Assembly: GCA_934526185.1 (NCBI GenBank)
Contig: CAKTAA010000003.1
Span: 2,950-66,949 of the forward strand
Direction of reading: 5' to 3'
From: an uncultured Eubacteriales bacterium
GTDB taxonomy: Bacteria > Bacillota > Clostridia > Oscillospirales > CAG-272
DNA length: 64,000 nt
The first letter of the stretch is position 1; every line of letters begins with the position of its first letter. The position numbers and the translations under genes are program-made. Under the pieces are notes generated by a model. That model ran no database searches, was not told where the DNA came from, and worked only from the letters and a program-made list of their open reading frames with translations. Shown here in pieces: positions 19,698 to 28,815 of the stretch.

Positions 19698-20873
19698 CTA
19701 TTTTTCCTGAATTTCGCCCGCGCGTTTCAAAGAGAATTTTGTCACAGCCGGGCCAATGAGCTCATAAATCAGAGTCCCGCACAGAATCACTGTCCGGATA
19801 ATCTGTCCATACTCCGGCACCACCGTTGTCGCACTCAGAGAAAGGCCGATCGCCACACCGGCCTGCGGCAGAAGCGCCGGACCGAGATACTTTCTGACCT
19901 TAGTGTCCGCTCTGCACAGTATGGCACCGAAGGAAGCTCCGCAGAGCTTTCCTGCCACCCGCAGCACGATGTAGATGACACCGACCACGCCGATAGCCGG
20001 TATTGCGGAAAGCTGCAGTTCCGCTCCGGATGCCACAAAAAACAGCAGAAATACAGGGGGTGTTATCTGATCCGTCAATTTGGCAATATGCTTTGCCTGT
20101 ACGGAAAAATTTGTAAGCGCGGCACCCATCGCCATGCACAGAAGCAGAGAGGAAAAACCGAACAGCTCCGCAATTCCCACACCGGCAAAGATGAATCCGA
20201 TTGTAATGGACATCCGGTTTCCGTCCTTTTGAAACCACCGAAGAGGCAGCAGGAACAGCAGTCCCAGTAAAAAACCAACAATCAGCGCGCCGCCGATTTC
20301 GTAGAGCGGCTTTCCTATTGCCGAAAGCAGAGAGGAGCCCGCAGGATTGATAACAGTCTGCGCGATTGCCACGCAGATGCCGAACATCATCAGTGCGGTA
20401 GCGTCATCGATCGCCACCACCGAAAGAAGCGTCTCCGTCACCGTTCCCTTTGCCTTATACTGATTGATAACCATAATGGTCGCCGCCGGAGCGGTCGCGG
20501 CTGCAATAGAAGCAAGCACCAGTGCAAACGGCAGGGGCTTGCCGGCAAGGATAAGTCCCGCCGCGACAAAAAGAACCGCAAAAAGGGATTCAAACACGGC
20601 GATGACAATCGGCGTAGCGCCGACGCGCTTGAAATAGGACATTTTGAATTCGCTGCCGATGGAAAACGCGATAAATCCGAGAGCCACCTCGGAAATGACA
20701 CCCATCTGCGAAAGCATATCCGAGGATAAAACACCCAGCACGCTCGGACCGATAAGCAGACCTCCTATGAGGTATCCCGTAACATTGGGCAGACGAATCA
20801 GCTTTGCCAGCCTCCCGAAAAGCATGCCGGCAAGTACCATAACCGCCAGTCCCAACAAAAGATTCATTGTCAT
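19698..20873 (-). CDS. Cation:proton antiporter (CPA2 / Na+-H+ exchanger family)
   Basis: 391 aa, polytopic. N-terminus LGLAVMVLAGMLFGRLAKLIRLPNVTGYLIGGLLIGPSVLG is typical of the KefB/NapA-type exchanger family. Confidence 0.85.
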   Translation of the reverse strand: MTMNLLLGLAVMVLAGMLFGRLAKLIRLPNVTGYLIGGLLIGPSVLGVLSSDMLSQMGVISEVALGFIAFSIGSEFKMSYFKRVGATPIVIAVFESLFAVLFVAAGLILAGKPLPFALVLASIAAATAPAATIMVINQYKAKGTVTETLLSVVAIDDATALMMFGICVAIAQTVINPAGSSLLSAIGKPLYEIGGALIVGFLLGLLFLLPLRWFQKDGNRMSITIGFIFAGVGIAELFGFSSLLLCMAMGAALTNFSVQAKHIAKLTDQITPPVFLLFFVASGAELQLSAIPAIGVVGVIYIVLRVAGKLCGASFGAILCRADTKVRKYLGPALLPQAGVAIGLSLSATTVVPEYGQIIRTVILCGTLIYELIGPAVTKFSLKRAGEIQEK

Positions 20874-21211
20874 ATGGAATTTCCAAGCCCCTCGACGTAT
20901 TGCACGGGAACGGTAAACAGTATACCGGTATCGGGCTGGTCTAAGCCTCCTGTGATTTTATTGATGATTTGCGAAACCTTTTTTACCTCCTCTTCCCGGG
21001 CCACCATGAAAATCGTTTTATTTTCCTTGTGTTCCGGATCGAGCAGCAGACGCAGCGACGCCATGAAACGGAGCTCATCATGTCCGTACAGACTCTGCGC
21101 CATGCCGCGGCTGTCGATAATCGTAGCGCCGTGAATGCCGTTCTCGGCAAAAGCCTCAAGCAGCTCTTCCAGACATTCCGTCTTGTTCAGTACAAAGATC
21201 AGAAGCTGCAT
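20870..21211 (-). CDS. P-II-like (GlnB-fold) small signalling protein
   Basis: 113 aa starting at MQLLIFVLNK (ATG 21211, GGAGGGA upstream). The pattern LLEAFAENGIHGATIIDSRGM and the length fit PII-like proteins. Its stop overlaps the antiporter start as ATGA (20870-20873). Confidence 0.55.
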   Translation of the reverse strand: MQLLIFVLNKTECLEELLEAFAENGIHGATIIDSRGMAQSLYGHDELRFMASLRLLLDPEHKENKTIFMVAREEEVKKVSQIINKITGGLDQPDTGILFTVPVQYVEGLGNSI

Positions 21212-21603
21212 AGCTTCTCCCTCCTTTATTGCCGGGCGCACAGAGGGAAAACCGCTGTTTCTTCACCTGCACGCCCGTTTTGAATTCCCGAACAGATTTC
21301 ATGATCTAAGTATATCACCGCTCCGGAAACTTTTCAAGCTCGCGGAAAAATTTCAGCGATTTGTCTGCTTTTGCACCCGCACCTTTGTTTTAATTCGTCA
21401 TATTTTTATTTTCTTTTCTCAATCCGGTATCAAAAAACAGAACGGGACGCTTTGTCCGGCTGACAGCGTTTCCGGTTTGCGGGAAAAAGGGATTGACAAA
21501 CCGGAGGTCCTGTGGTAAGGTAAGAAATGCTTGACTTGCCGCTTTTTCAAAGAAAATACGCGCTTATCCGGTATTTTACCGCATAGGATATGCGCAGAAA
21601 GAT

Positions 21604-22509
21604 ATGGTTTTACACATGCATGCAACCGATCCGCGTCAAATAAAAGACTGGCTGCAGTCCAGCGGCATTGAACCGAAAAAAAAATTCGGGCAGAACTTTC
21701 TGCTTCAGCCGGAGATTCCGCTCCGCATCGCCGAAGAATGCGGAGCCGCTGCTGAGGATGCAATTCTGGAAATCGGCCCAGGCGCCGGTACCATGACGCA
21801 GTTTCTCGCTCAGCTTTACCGCAAGGTGGTAGCTGTGGAAATTGACGGCTCCCTGATGCCGGTGCTTTCCCGGGTACTTTCCCCCTTTCCAAACGTCACT
21901 GTCCTGCACGGCGACATCATGAAAACTGATCTCCGCGCTCTTTTCGAAGAACATTTTGCCGGGATGCGCGTGTCTGTCTGTGCCAATCTTCCATATTATA
22001 TTACGACGCCGATTCTGATGCTGCTGCTGGAAAGCGGGCTCCCCCTCAGCTTTATAACAGTCATGGTTCAAAAGGAAGTAGCCGATAGACTCTGCGCGCC
22101 TCCCGGCTCGCCGGATTACGGCGCCGTTACCGCCGCTGTGCGCTATTACGCCTCCGCGGAAAGACTTTTCCGTGTGTCCGCAGGGCACTTTTCTCCGCCT
22201 CCCAAAGTGGATTCGGCCGTTGTTCGGCTGACGCTTCACGAAAAGCCTCCAATCAGCGTCCAAAGCAAGGATCTGCTGTTCCGCGTTATCCGCGCCGCCT
22301 TCGCTCAGCGCAGAAAGACACTGGTCAATGCTCTGGCTTCTGCATTTCCGGCTTTCTCAAAGGAAAGCCTCAGCGCTGTACTCGGAGCGCTCGGTTTGCC
22401 TGAAAATATAAGAGGAGAGCGGCTCTCTCTTGAAGAATTCGCCGCGCTTGCCGACAGTCTGACAGGGAAAAGCGAAGTTTCTCCGTCCAATACCCCGGTG
22501 AAAGACTGA
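21604..22509 (+). CDS. rsmA: 16S rRNA (adenine1518/1519-N6)-dimethyltransferase
   Basis: KKKFGQNFL motif and SAM-binding ILEIGPGAGTMT; typical KsgA length. The exact start among three nearby ATGs is uncertain. Confidence 0.9.
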   Translation: MVLHMHATDPRQIKDWLQSSGIEPKKKFGQNFLLQPEIPLRIAEECGAAAEDAILEIGPGAGTMTQFLAQLYRKVVAVEIDGSLMPVLSRVLSPFPNVTVLHGDIMKTDLRALFEEHFAGMRVSVCANLPYYITTPILMLLLESGLPLSFITVMVQKEVADRLCAPPGSPDYGAVTAAVRYYASAERLFRVSAGHFSPPPKVDSAVVRLTLHEKPPISVQSKDLLFRVIRAAFAQRRKTLVNALASAFPAFSKESLSAVLGALGLPENIRGERLSLEEFAALADSLTGKSEVSPSNTPVKD

Positions 22510-22615
22510 CGGGATCCGCCCGTGACAATCATCAATGGCCTTGCGGCCGGTCAGACCATTCCGAATAAAATTGCTGCCGAAGTCTGCCGAATTTTATCCT
22601 TTTTCCTCTTTTTTC

Positions 22616-22644
22616 TTGCATCCTGCAAAAAAAACTGGTATAAT
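22616..22644 (+). promoter_or_regulatory. Near-consensus sigma-70 promoter with extended -10
   Basis: TTGCAT (22616-22621), 17-nt spacer, TGgTATAAT (-10 at 22639-22644), preceded by a T-rich UP-like tract. No ORF follows for more than 300 nt. Confidence 0.6.
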
Positions 22645-22650
22645 GTGCAT

Positions 22651-22908
22651 GGTCGACTGGAATGCCGAATCCGTTCAGTCTAAGAGATTTCACGTCCCAA
22701 TGGCGGGTAGCTCCCATATCACAGAACTGAAACCAAGCGCAAATTGTCGACTGAACACTCCGTGTTCAGTCCACTGCCGGAGTTTACGGTATAATGTCCG
22801 CAGAAAGCCTTGCTTTGCAAGTCTTATAAGGCTTCGCCTCCCGCGCTCTGCGCGGCTGCGGAATTGACGGCTTCCCAAAAATGCCTTTGCAAGCAAGCAT
22901 TTTTGGTT
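22651..22908 (+). ncRNA. Candidate structured RNA or long regulatory leader (class unassigned)
   Basis: ORF-free transcript predicted from the promoter above. Long-range pairing of GGAAUGCCGAAUCCG (22659-22673) with CGGAAUUGACGGCUUCC (22859-22875). Internal hairpins CTGAACAC-TCC-GTGTTCAG and CCGCGC-TCT-GCGCGG. Terminal 10-bp hairpin CCAAAAATGC/GCATTTTTGG (22875-22906). Confidence 0.3.
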
Positions 22909-22976
22909 CATGGTATAATGTGTACAGTCAAAGCGGAAACATCCCCAAAAATCCGTGATTCAAGAAAGGAGTCTGT

Positions 22977-24644
22977 ATGCAGCTCTTAACAAAATTGATT
23001 TCGCCGCTCGAAAAATGCTTTATGGACGATGATATCGGAGCAAAAGCGGAATACCGCTATGCGAGCATTCTGTCCAATGAGCGCTTTGCTTTTCAGATCG
23101 CGTATACGGACGTCGATCCGTCCAACCGCGCATACATACCCGGCAGCATACGCGTGGACTCACTGCTCAGCGACGCGATTGCCGTCTCGTTTGTAATGCA
23201 GGTGCCTTCCGCCATGCCGGTTTACCGCGGGGATGCCTCCTACGACGGTTATCTGCGCACGACGCCGGGCTTTTATCCGGATCTCCTGCTGCCCGCGTGT
23301 GACTTTCGCGAAGCGGCCTATGTATACGGAGAACTGAAAGCCCTATGGATAGAGGTAGATCCGGCCGGACGCTATCCTGCCGGCAATTACCCGATAACCG
23401 TTCTCTTTTTGGATGATGCAGGAAATACAGCCGCCTCTGAAACCTTTGTTCTAACCGTCATCAGCGCGGCTCTGCCTGAGCAGACACTGAAATTTACCCA
23501 GTGGCTGCATACCGACTGTCTTGCCTCCTATTACGGCTTTGAAATTTTCAGTGAAGAATACTGGCAAACCGTCGAACAGTTTATGAAAACCGCTGTTCGC
23601 AGCGGTGTCAACATGATGCTCACGCCCATATTCACCCCGCCGCTTGATACCATCCCCGGAGGCGAACGCCCAACCGTACAGCTTGTCGATATTGCCGTCC
23701 GCAGTGACGGAACATATATTTTCGGATTTGAAAAGCTGGGGCGGTGGCTTGATCTCTGCGCCGCCTGCGGTATCCGATATTACGAGTTCTCCCATCTGTT
23801 TACGCAGTGGGGCGCGCAAGCGGCTCCGAAAATTGTCGCGAAAAAGGACAGACGGATCCGGAGAATCTTCGGCTGGGACACAGACGCTTCTTCGCCGGAA
23901 TATATAAACTTTCTCCATGCCTTTCTTCCGGCACTGATCTCTTACATGCGCGGACGCGGAGAGGCGGACAAATGTGTTTTCCATATCTCAGACGAGCCGG
24001 CGCCGGAGCATTTTGATTCCTACAGCCGCGCGCGCAAATCCGTAGAGGAGCTTCTCAAAGGCTTTACCGTGATGGACGCGCTCTCAGACGTTTCCTTTTA
24101 CGACAGGGGCGCCGTTAGTCTTCCCGTGCCTGCGCTCAACCATATTGAACCGTTTCTCTCCCGTCCGCTCCCCGAGCGGTGGACGTATTACTGCTGCGGA
24201 CAGCGGGAAAAAGTATCCAACCGTTTTCTCGCCATGCCGTCTCAGCGGAACCGGATTCTCGGCACGCAGATGTATCTGTACGGCATCGGCGGTTTTCTGC
24301 ACTGGGGCTATAACTTCTATTACAGCCGCGGTTCCGTCCGTCCGGTAAATCCGTATTCCTGCACAGACGGAGGGTATTTTGTGCCGTCAGGCGACGCATT
24401 CTCCGTCTATCCGGCGCCGGGCGGATCCACCTACGAGACGATACGGCTGCAGGTATTTTATCACGCCCTGCAGGATATGCGCGCACTCCGGCTCTGCGAA
24501 GCGTTCTGCGGTACCGAAGCCGTCCGCCGATGCATTCAGGAATGTGCGGGTATGGCGGTTACTTTTACCGCTTTTCCGGAGGATATTTCCTTTATACACA
24601 GACTGCGCGAAAAAATTAACAGCATGATTCAACGAAACATATGA
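22977..24644 (+). CDS. DUF4091 domain protein (GH123-like glycoside hydrolase candidate)
   Basis: 555 aa. The N-terminal LISPLEKCFMDDD pattern and overall layout recall DUF4091/GH123-type proteins. AAAGGAG RBS 6 nt upstream. No signal peptide. Confidence 0.6.
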   Translation: MQLLTKLISPLEKCFMDDDIGAKAEYRYASILSNERFAFQIAYTDVDPSNRAYIPGSIRVDSLLSDAIAVSFVMQVPSAMPVYRGDASYDGYLRTTPGFYPDLLLPACDFREAAYVYGELKALWIEVDPAGRYPAGNYPITVLFLDDAGNTAASETFVLTVISAALPEQTLKFTQWLHTDCLASYYGFEIFSEEYWQTVEQFMKTAVRSGVNMMLTPIFTPPLDTIPGGERPTVQLVDIAVRSDGTYIFGFEKLGRWLDLCAACGIRYYEFSHLFTQWGAQAAPKIVAKKDRRIRRIFGWDTDASSPEYINFLHAFLPALISYMRGRGEADKCVFHISDEPAPEHFDSYSRARKSVEELLKGFTVMDALSDVSFYDRGAVSLPVPALNHIEPFLSRPLPERWTYYCCGQREKVSNRFLAMPSQRNRILGTQMYLYGIGGFLHWGYNFYYSRGSVRPVNPYSCTDGGYFVPSGDAFSVYPAPGGSTYETIRLQVFYHALQDMRALRLCEAFCGTEAVRRCIQECAGMAVTFTAFPEDISFIHRLREKINSMIQRNI

Positions 24645-24666
24645 TTTTGAGAAAGGATGTATCAAG

Positions 24667-25944
24667 ATGAACAGCAAAGAATTAAAGGCCGCCCTCCGGG
24701 ACGGAAAAATTGACGGAGAACTGACCGCACTTTACGGAAAGGACGCGCTTGCATTTCAAAAGCAGAGATATGAAAAAGCAGTCTGCGCATTTGAGGATTT
24801 ATACGGGGAGGCGGATGTTTCCCTGTTTACCGTAGCCGGCAGAAGCGAGATATCCGGCAACCACACGGATCACAATCACGGGTGCGTCATCGCCGCTTCC
24901 ATTGATCTCGACATCATTGCGGTAGCTGCAAAAACCGAAGGAAACATGATCCGCGTCAAAAGTGAGGGCTTTCCCATCGACGAGGTGGAAATTTCGGATC
25001 CCCGGCCTGATCCCGCCGCCTTCGGAACATCAGCCGCCATCATCGCCGGCATGTGCAGGGGCTTTCTTGACAAAGGCCGCGCCTGCGGCGGTTTCAACGC
25101 CTATACGACCTCCAATGTGCTCAAAGGGTCCGGCCTTTCCTCGTCCGCAGCATTTGAGGATATGATAGGTACGGTGCTCAACCACTTTTACAACGGCGGC
25201 GCAATCGACAACACGGAAATCGCCAAGCTGTCCCAGCTTGCGGAAATTCATTTCTTCGGCAAGCCCTGCGGACTGATGGATCAGATGGCCTGTGCGGTCG
25301 GCGGCTTTATCGCCATTGATTTTGCGGATCCCGAAAAGCCGGTCATTGAAAAAATGGATTTTGATCTGACCGCTCACGGCTACAGCCTGTGCATCGTCAA
25401 TACAGGCGGAAATCACGCGGATCTGACGGATGACTATGCGTCAATTCCGACCGAAATGAAACAAATCGCCTCCTATTTCGGCCGGCCGGTTCTGCGGGAT
25501 GTCACAATGGAGCAGATTAAGGAAAGCATTCCCGCACTTCGTGAGGCGTTCGGCGACCGCGCTATTCTCCGGGCCATCCACTTCATCAAGGAAAACGACA
25601 GAGTAAAAACACAAGCTGCCGCGCTCAGAGAGGGTGATCTTTCCGCGTTTTTCGAGGGCGTTCTGGAATCCGGCGCCTCCAGCTTCCGGTATCTGCAGAA
25701 TGTATATACCACCAAAAACACATCGGAGCAGGGACTTTCGCTCGCGCTTGCCCTGGCTGAGGATTACCTGCGCACCAGAGGCGGCGCATGGCGCGTACAT
25801 GGCGGCGGCTTTGCAGGAACCATTCAGGCATTTGTAAGCAACACGGACGTGGAGGGCTTTCGTGCGCTGATGGACAGCGCTTTCGGCGACGGCGCCTGCA
25901 TCGTCCTGCATGTACGTCAGACAGGTGCCGGGAAGCTCCTATAA
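24667..25944 (+). CDS. Galactokinase-family (GHMP) sugar 1-kinase
   Basis: AGRSEISGNHTDHNHG (galactokinase signature region), GHMP ATP motif KGSGLSSSAAFE, C-terminal HGGGFAGT. Confidence 0.75.
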   Translation: MNSKELKAALRDGKIDGELTALYGKDALAFQKQRYEKAVCAFEDLYGEADVSLFTVAGRSEISGNHTDHNHGCVIAASIDLDIIAVAAKTEGNMIRVKSEGFPIDEVEISDPRPDPAAFGTSAAIIAGMCRGFLDKGRACGGFNAYTTSNVLKGSGLSSSAAFEDMIGTVLNHFYNGGAIDNTEIAKLSQLAEIHFFGKPCGLMDQMACAVGGFIAIDFADPEKPVIEKMDFDLTAHGYSLCIVNTGGNHADLTDDYASIPTEMKQIASYFGRPVLRDVTMEQIKESIPALREAFGDRAILRAIHFIKENDRVKTQAAALREGDLSAFFEGVLESGASSFRYLQNVYTTKNTSEQGLSLALALAEDYLRTRGGAWRVHGGGFAGTIQAFVSNTDVEGFRALMDSAFGDGACIVLHVRQTGAGKLL

Positions 25945-26195
25945 AATATCCGGAAACAGAAGGAAGCGTATCCGGAGGCCTTGTGCCGACATTCCCGCAG
26001 CGAGCTGACGGGGCTGTTTCTAAAGGCAAAGCTTCACGGCTTTCAGCGTCCGGTTTAAGCGGCAGACCTCCGCTGCGCGGAGGTGTCCTCCGGCGAGCTG
26101 CCTCTCGTTACGGAAAACCGGTTTATTATCTGATGCCCTTTCAGAGGGCTTAACCCGATGAAAACGTGCATATCCTGTGAAAGGAATGGTAAAGC

Positions 26196-26972
26196 ATGAA
26201 AAAAGAAAATAGAACAAAGCTGTTCGGTCTGACCGCAGCCGCACTGCTTACGCTTTGTTCCTGTACCGATCCAGACGGCGATCCGATATCATCACAGGGT
26301 ACAGAAACTGCAAAGCAGACGGAAGCTGTCATCTCTCAGACAAGTGAACCGCAGGAAACAGAAAACGAACCCCGCGACGGTATCCACTACAGCAGCAACG
26401 GCAAAAAAATCGAACAGATAAACGGCATCACATACGTGGACGGTATTCTGATTGCAAATAAAACCTATTCCCTGCCGTCAGACTATGCGCCGGGTGTGGA
26501 TCCGACAGCGCAGGCCGCCCTGAATGAGCTTATCAGCGCTGCCGCGAAAGAGGGGCATACGCTATATCTGATGTCGGGTTACCGCTCCTATGAGCGGCAA
26601 TACACACTGTATCACAATTATGGCCAAAGAGACGGATACGATGAAGCTGACACCTATTCCGCACGCCCGGGTTTTTCAGAGCACCAGACGGGGCTTGCCT
26701 TCGACATGAACTCTGTAGAAATCTCCTGGGGCAAAACGCCGGAGGGCCAGTGGCTGAAAAACCACTGCGCAGAATACGGCTTTATTATCCGTTATCCTGA
26801 AAATATGACGGATATTACCGGATATATTTACGAGCCGTGGCATATCCGCTATCTCGGTGTGGAAACAGCAAAGGCCGTAACGGAAAGCGGTCTGACGCTT
26901 GAGGAATATCTGGGCATCACCTCCTCATACGAAGATTACGACCGATTGCAGTCGCTTCGGCAGACTGACTGA
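26196..26972 (+). CDS. M15B (VanY-type) D-alanyl-D-alanine carboxypeptidase, lipoprotein
   Basis: Lipobox LLTLCSC. Motifs SGYRSYERQ, FSEHQTGLAFD and EPWHIRYLG are characteristic of the VanY/M15 family. Confidence 0.8.
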   Translation: MKKENRTKLFGLTAAALLTLCSCTDPDGDPISSQGTETAKQTEAVISQTSEPQETENEPRDGIHYSSNGKKIEQINGITYVDGILIANKTYSLPSDYAPGVDPTAQAALNELISAAAKEGHTLYLMSGYRSYERQYTLYHNYGQRDGYDEADTYSARPGFSEHQTGLAFDMNSVEISWGKTPEGQWLKNHCAEYGFIIRYPENMTDITGYIYEPWHIRYLGVETAKAVTESGLTLEEYLGITSSYEDYDRLQSLRQTD

Positions 26973-27187
26973 ACGGAAAGGAGCCGGACACATCGCGGCG
27001 CAGAACCGCCCAAAAAATGTGCCGCCGGGTTTCTGTTCCGACTGCCGATACAGAAAGCAGGCGCCAAAGGATCCGGAAGCGGACGCCGCCCGGCGCCTGC
27101 TTCCGTTTCATACAGCGGATTTTTTCACAGAAAGGCGGTACAGAGTATAAGAATCGTTTTGCCTTGTGCCGGAAAGGAGTTATATTT

Positions 27188-28549
27188 ATGAATTATACGG
27201 AATACCGCGATGAGTATGTAAGTACAGATATCCGCAACGGTACGACATACCCCTTTCGGATATATGTACCGTGCGGCACCGGTGAAACCGCTTATGCTGT
27301 GTTGGTTACGCACGACGGATTAAACGAGGCCGAAGCCGAGGCCATGGGAAAGCTGTATGAAAGCGGAGAGGCTCCCCCGTGTGTCATCATCGGTATATCT
27401 CCCGGAACTATGTTCCCTCCTGCGTCCGGAGGAGAGGCCAGAAATATGCGTTTTCACGATTACGATATTTTTTCGTCGGAATATGTCGATTTCATCGTGG
27501 ACGAGCTGATTCCTCATCTAAAGGAAAAGTATGACTTGCCTTTGTCGGAGGATCCGAATATGCATATGATAAGCGGCGGATCCTCAGGCGGTATTTCATC
27601 GTGGAACGGCGTCTGGTTCCGAAACGATTATTTCCGCAGAGCTTATTTAAGCAGCCCAACCTTTTCAGCCATGGCGCGCGGCAACATGGCTCCCGTATTT
27701 ATGCGCCTGTTTGAAACAAAACCCATCAGAGTTTTTATCGATTATTCGGAAAACGAACCGGACGATTATTTCGGAAGCTCCTACTGCGCCGCGCTGGAGG
27801 GACATTACGCGCTTCAATTCGCAGGCTACGACTATCAATGGGCCTATTATCCGGGTGAGGGACACTGCAGCCGCCTGAACGATAAAAACACGGCCGAAGA
27901 AGTGCTGCGTTTTCTCTGGAAGGATTGGAAAACTGCTTCTGTAAAGGCAGTACGGCTTTCTCCGAGAGCTGAGGCTGTTATTTTCCGCGACGATCCCTGG
28001 CTGGCAAGCAGCTCTGGCCTGCCGGATAAAACAGCGGCTGTAACAAAATCAGGCACATATCAAATAAAAGGTAACGCTATTGTTTTTTACGGAAACGGAG
28101 AAGAAAAAACCGTCAAAGACGGTTTTGCCCGTCTGTCCGCTCTTGCGGTTTCCTCAGATTTATGGAGACTGTATATCGCAGACTCTTTGCGGGGCTGTAT
28201 TTATTCCGCCACGATCTGCGAAAACGGAGACCTTCAGGATATGCAAATCTTTTGCTCGCTGCATATGCCGACTGATTTTCACCGTCCCGGCGCTTATGAT
28301 ATCTGCGTCGACAGCAAGGACAGGGTATTTGCCGCCACGGAGCTGGGCGTTCAGTGTGTACGCTCCTATGGTCTTGTCGATGTTATACTGCCGCTGCCCC
28401 GAAATGAAATTCCTCAAAAGCTGGCGATAAGCGGCGATCGTTTATATGCTGACTGCGGAGAAAAAATTTATAGCAGAAAAATCAAATCCACTGCAAAGAA
28501 TGATGCATTGCAGCCGGAAACGCCCCATTTTACCGGTTATTACGATTAA
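27188..28549 (+). CDS. Esterase-family alpha/beta hydrolase fused to a beta-propeller-like C-terminal domain
   Basis: Start moved to ATG 27188 (GGAAAGGAG upstream). ISGGSSGGISSW nucleophile-elbow region typical of 'putative esterase' family proteins. The C-terminal ~200 aa look SMP-30/NHL-like (tentative). Confidence 0.55.
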   Translation: MNYTEYRDEYVSTDIRNGTTYPFRIYVPCGTGETAYAVLVTHDGLNEAEAEAMGKLYESGEAPPCVIIGISPGTMFPPASGGEARNMRFHDYDIFSSEYVDFIVDELIPHLKEKYDLPLSEDPNMHMISGGSSGGISSWNGVWFRNDYFRRAYLSSPTFSAMARGNMAPVFMRLFETKPIRVFIDYSENEPDDYFGSSYCAALEGHYALQFAGYDYQWAYYPGEGHCSRLNDKNTAEEVLRFLWKDWKTASVKAVRLSPRAEAVIFRDDPWLASSSGLPDKTAAVTKSGTYQIKGNAIVFYGNGEEKTVKDGFARLSALAVSSDLWRLYIADSLRGCIYSATICENGDLQDMQIFCSLHMPTDFHRPGAYDICVDSKDRVFAATELGVQCVRSYGLVDVILPLPRNEIPQKLAISGDRLYADCGEKIYSRKIKSTAKNDALQPETPHFTGYYD

Positions 28550-28604
28550 ACAGTCGTAATTTTGTATTTTAGGAACTTCACAAACCGATAGGTTTCACGA
28601 AAAC

Positions 28605-28638
28605 AAAGGGACTGCGGCGCAAGCGCCGCAGTCCCTTT
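28605..28638. terminator. Strong bidirectional terminator hairpin
   Basis: Perfect 16-bp stem AAAGGGACTGCGGCGC-AA-GCGCCGCAGTCCCTTT. T-tract TTTGTTTTCG on the minus strand and TTTAC on the plus strand. Lies between convergent genes. Confidence 0.75.
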
Positions 28639-28815
28639 ACCCGTACACGGATCATCCCCGCGGGGACAATCGCCGGCTGCTGCATCAGCCGTCATATTTC
28701 AATAAGGGGCTTGCCCCGTCATGAAGGCGTGGTATGACGTTCCGTGGGGATTGACTCCTCAGTGAACGGAGGAATGGAACCCGCCGCCGAGGGAGGCGGG
28801 GACATCTTGCCTAAG

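Noticed and set aside
22790-22795. Second TATAAT (within GGTATAATG) as an independent promoter inside the candidate RNA
   Set aside because: It has no acceptable -35 and no TG extension at the right spacing. It is more likely part of the RNA sequence itself or a coincidence.
22651-22908. Firm annotation of the structured RNA as 6S RNA (ssrS)
   Set aside because: The overall rod-like pairing is suggestive. However, the length (~258 nt) exceeds typical 6S RNA, I could not define the central bubble, and I cannot run a covariance model. It is kept as an unclassified candidate.
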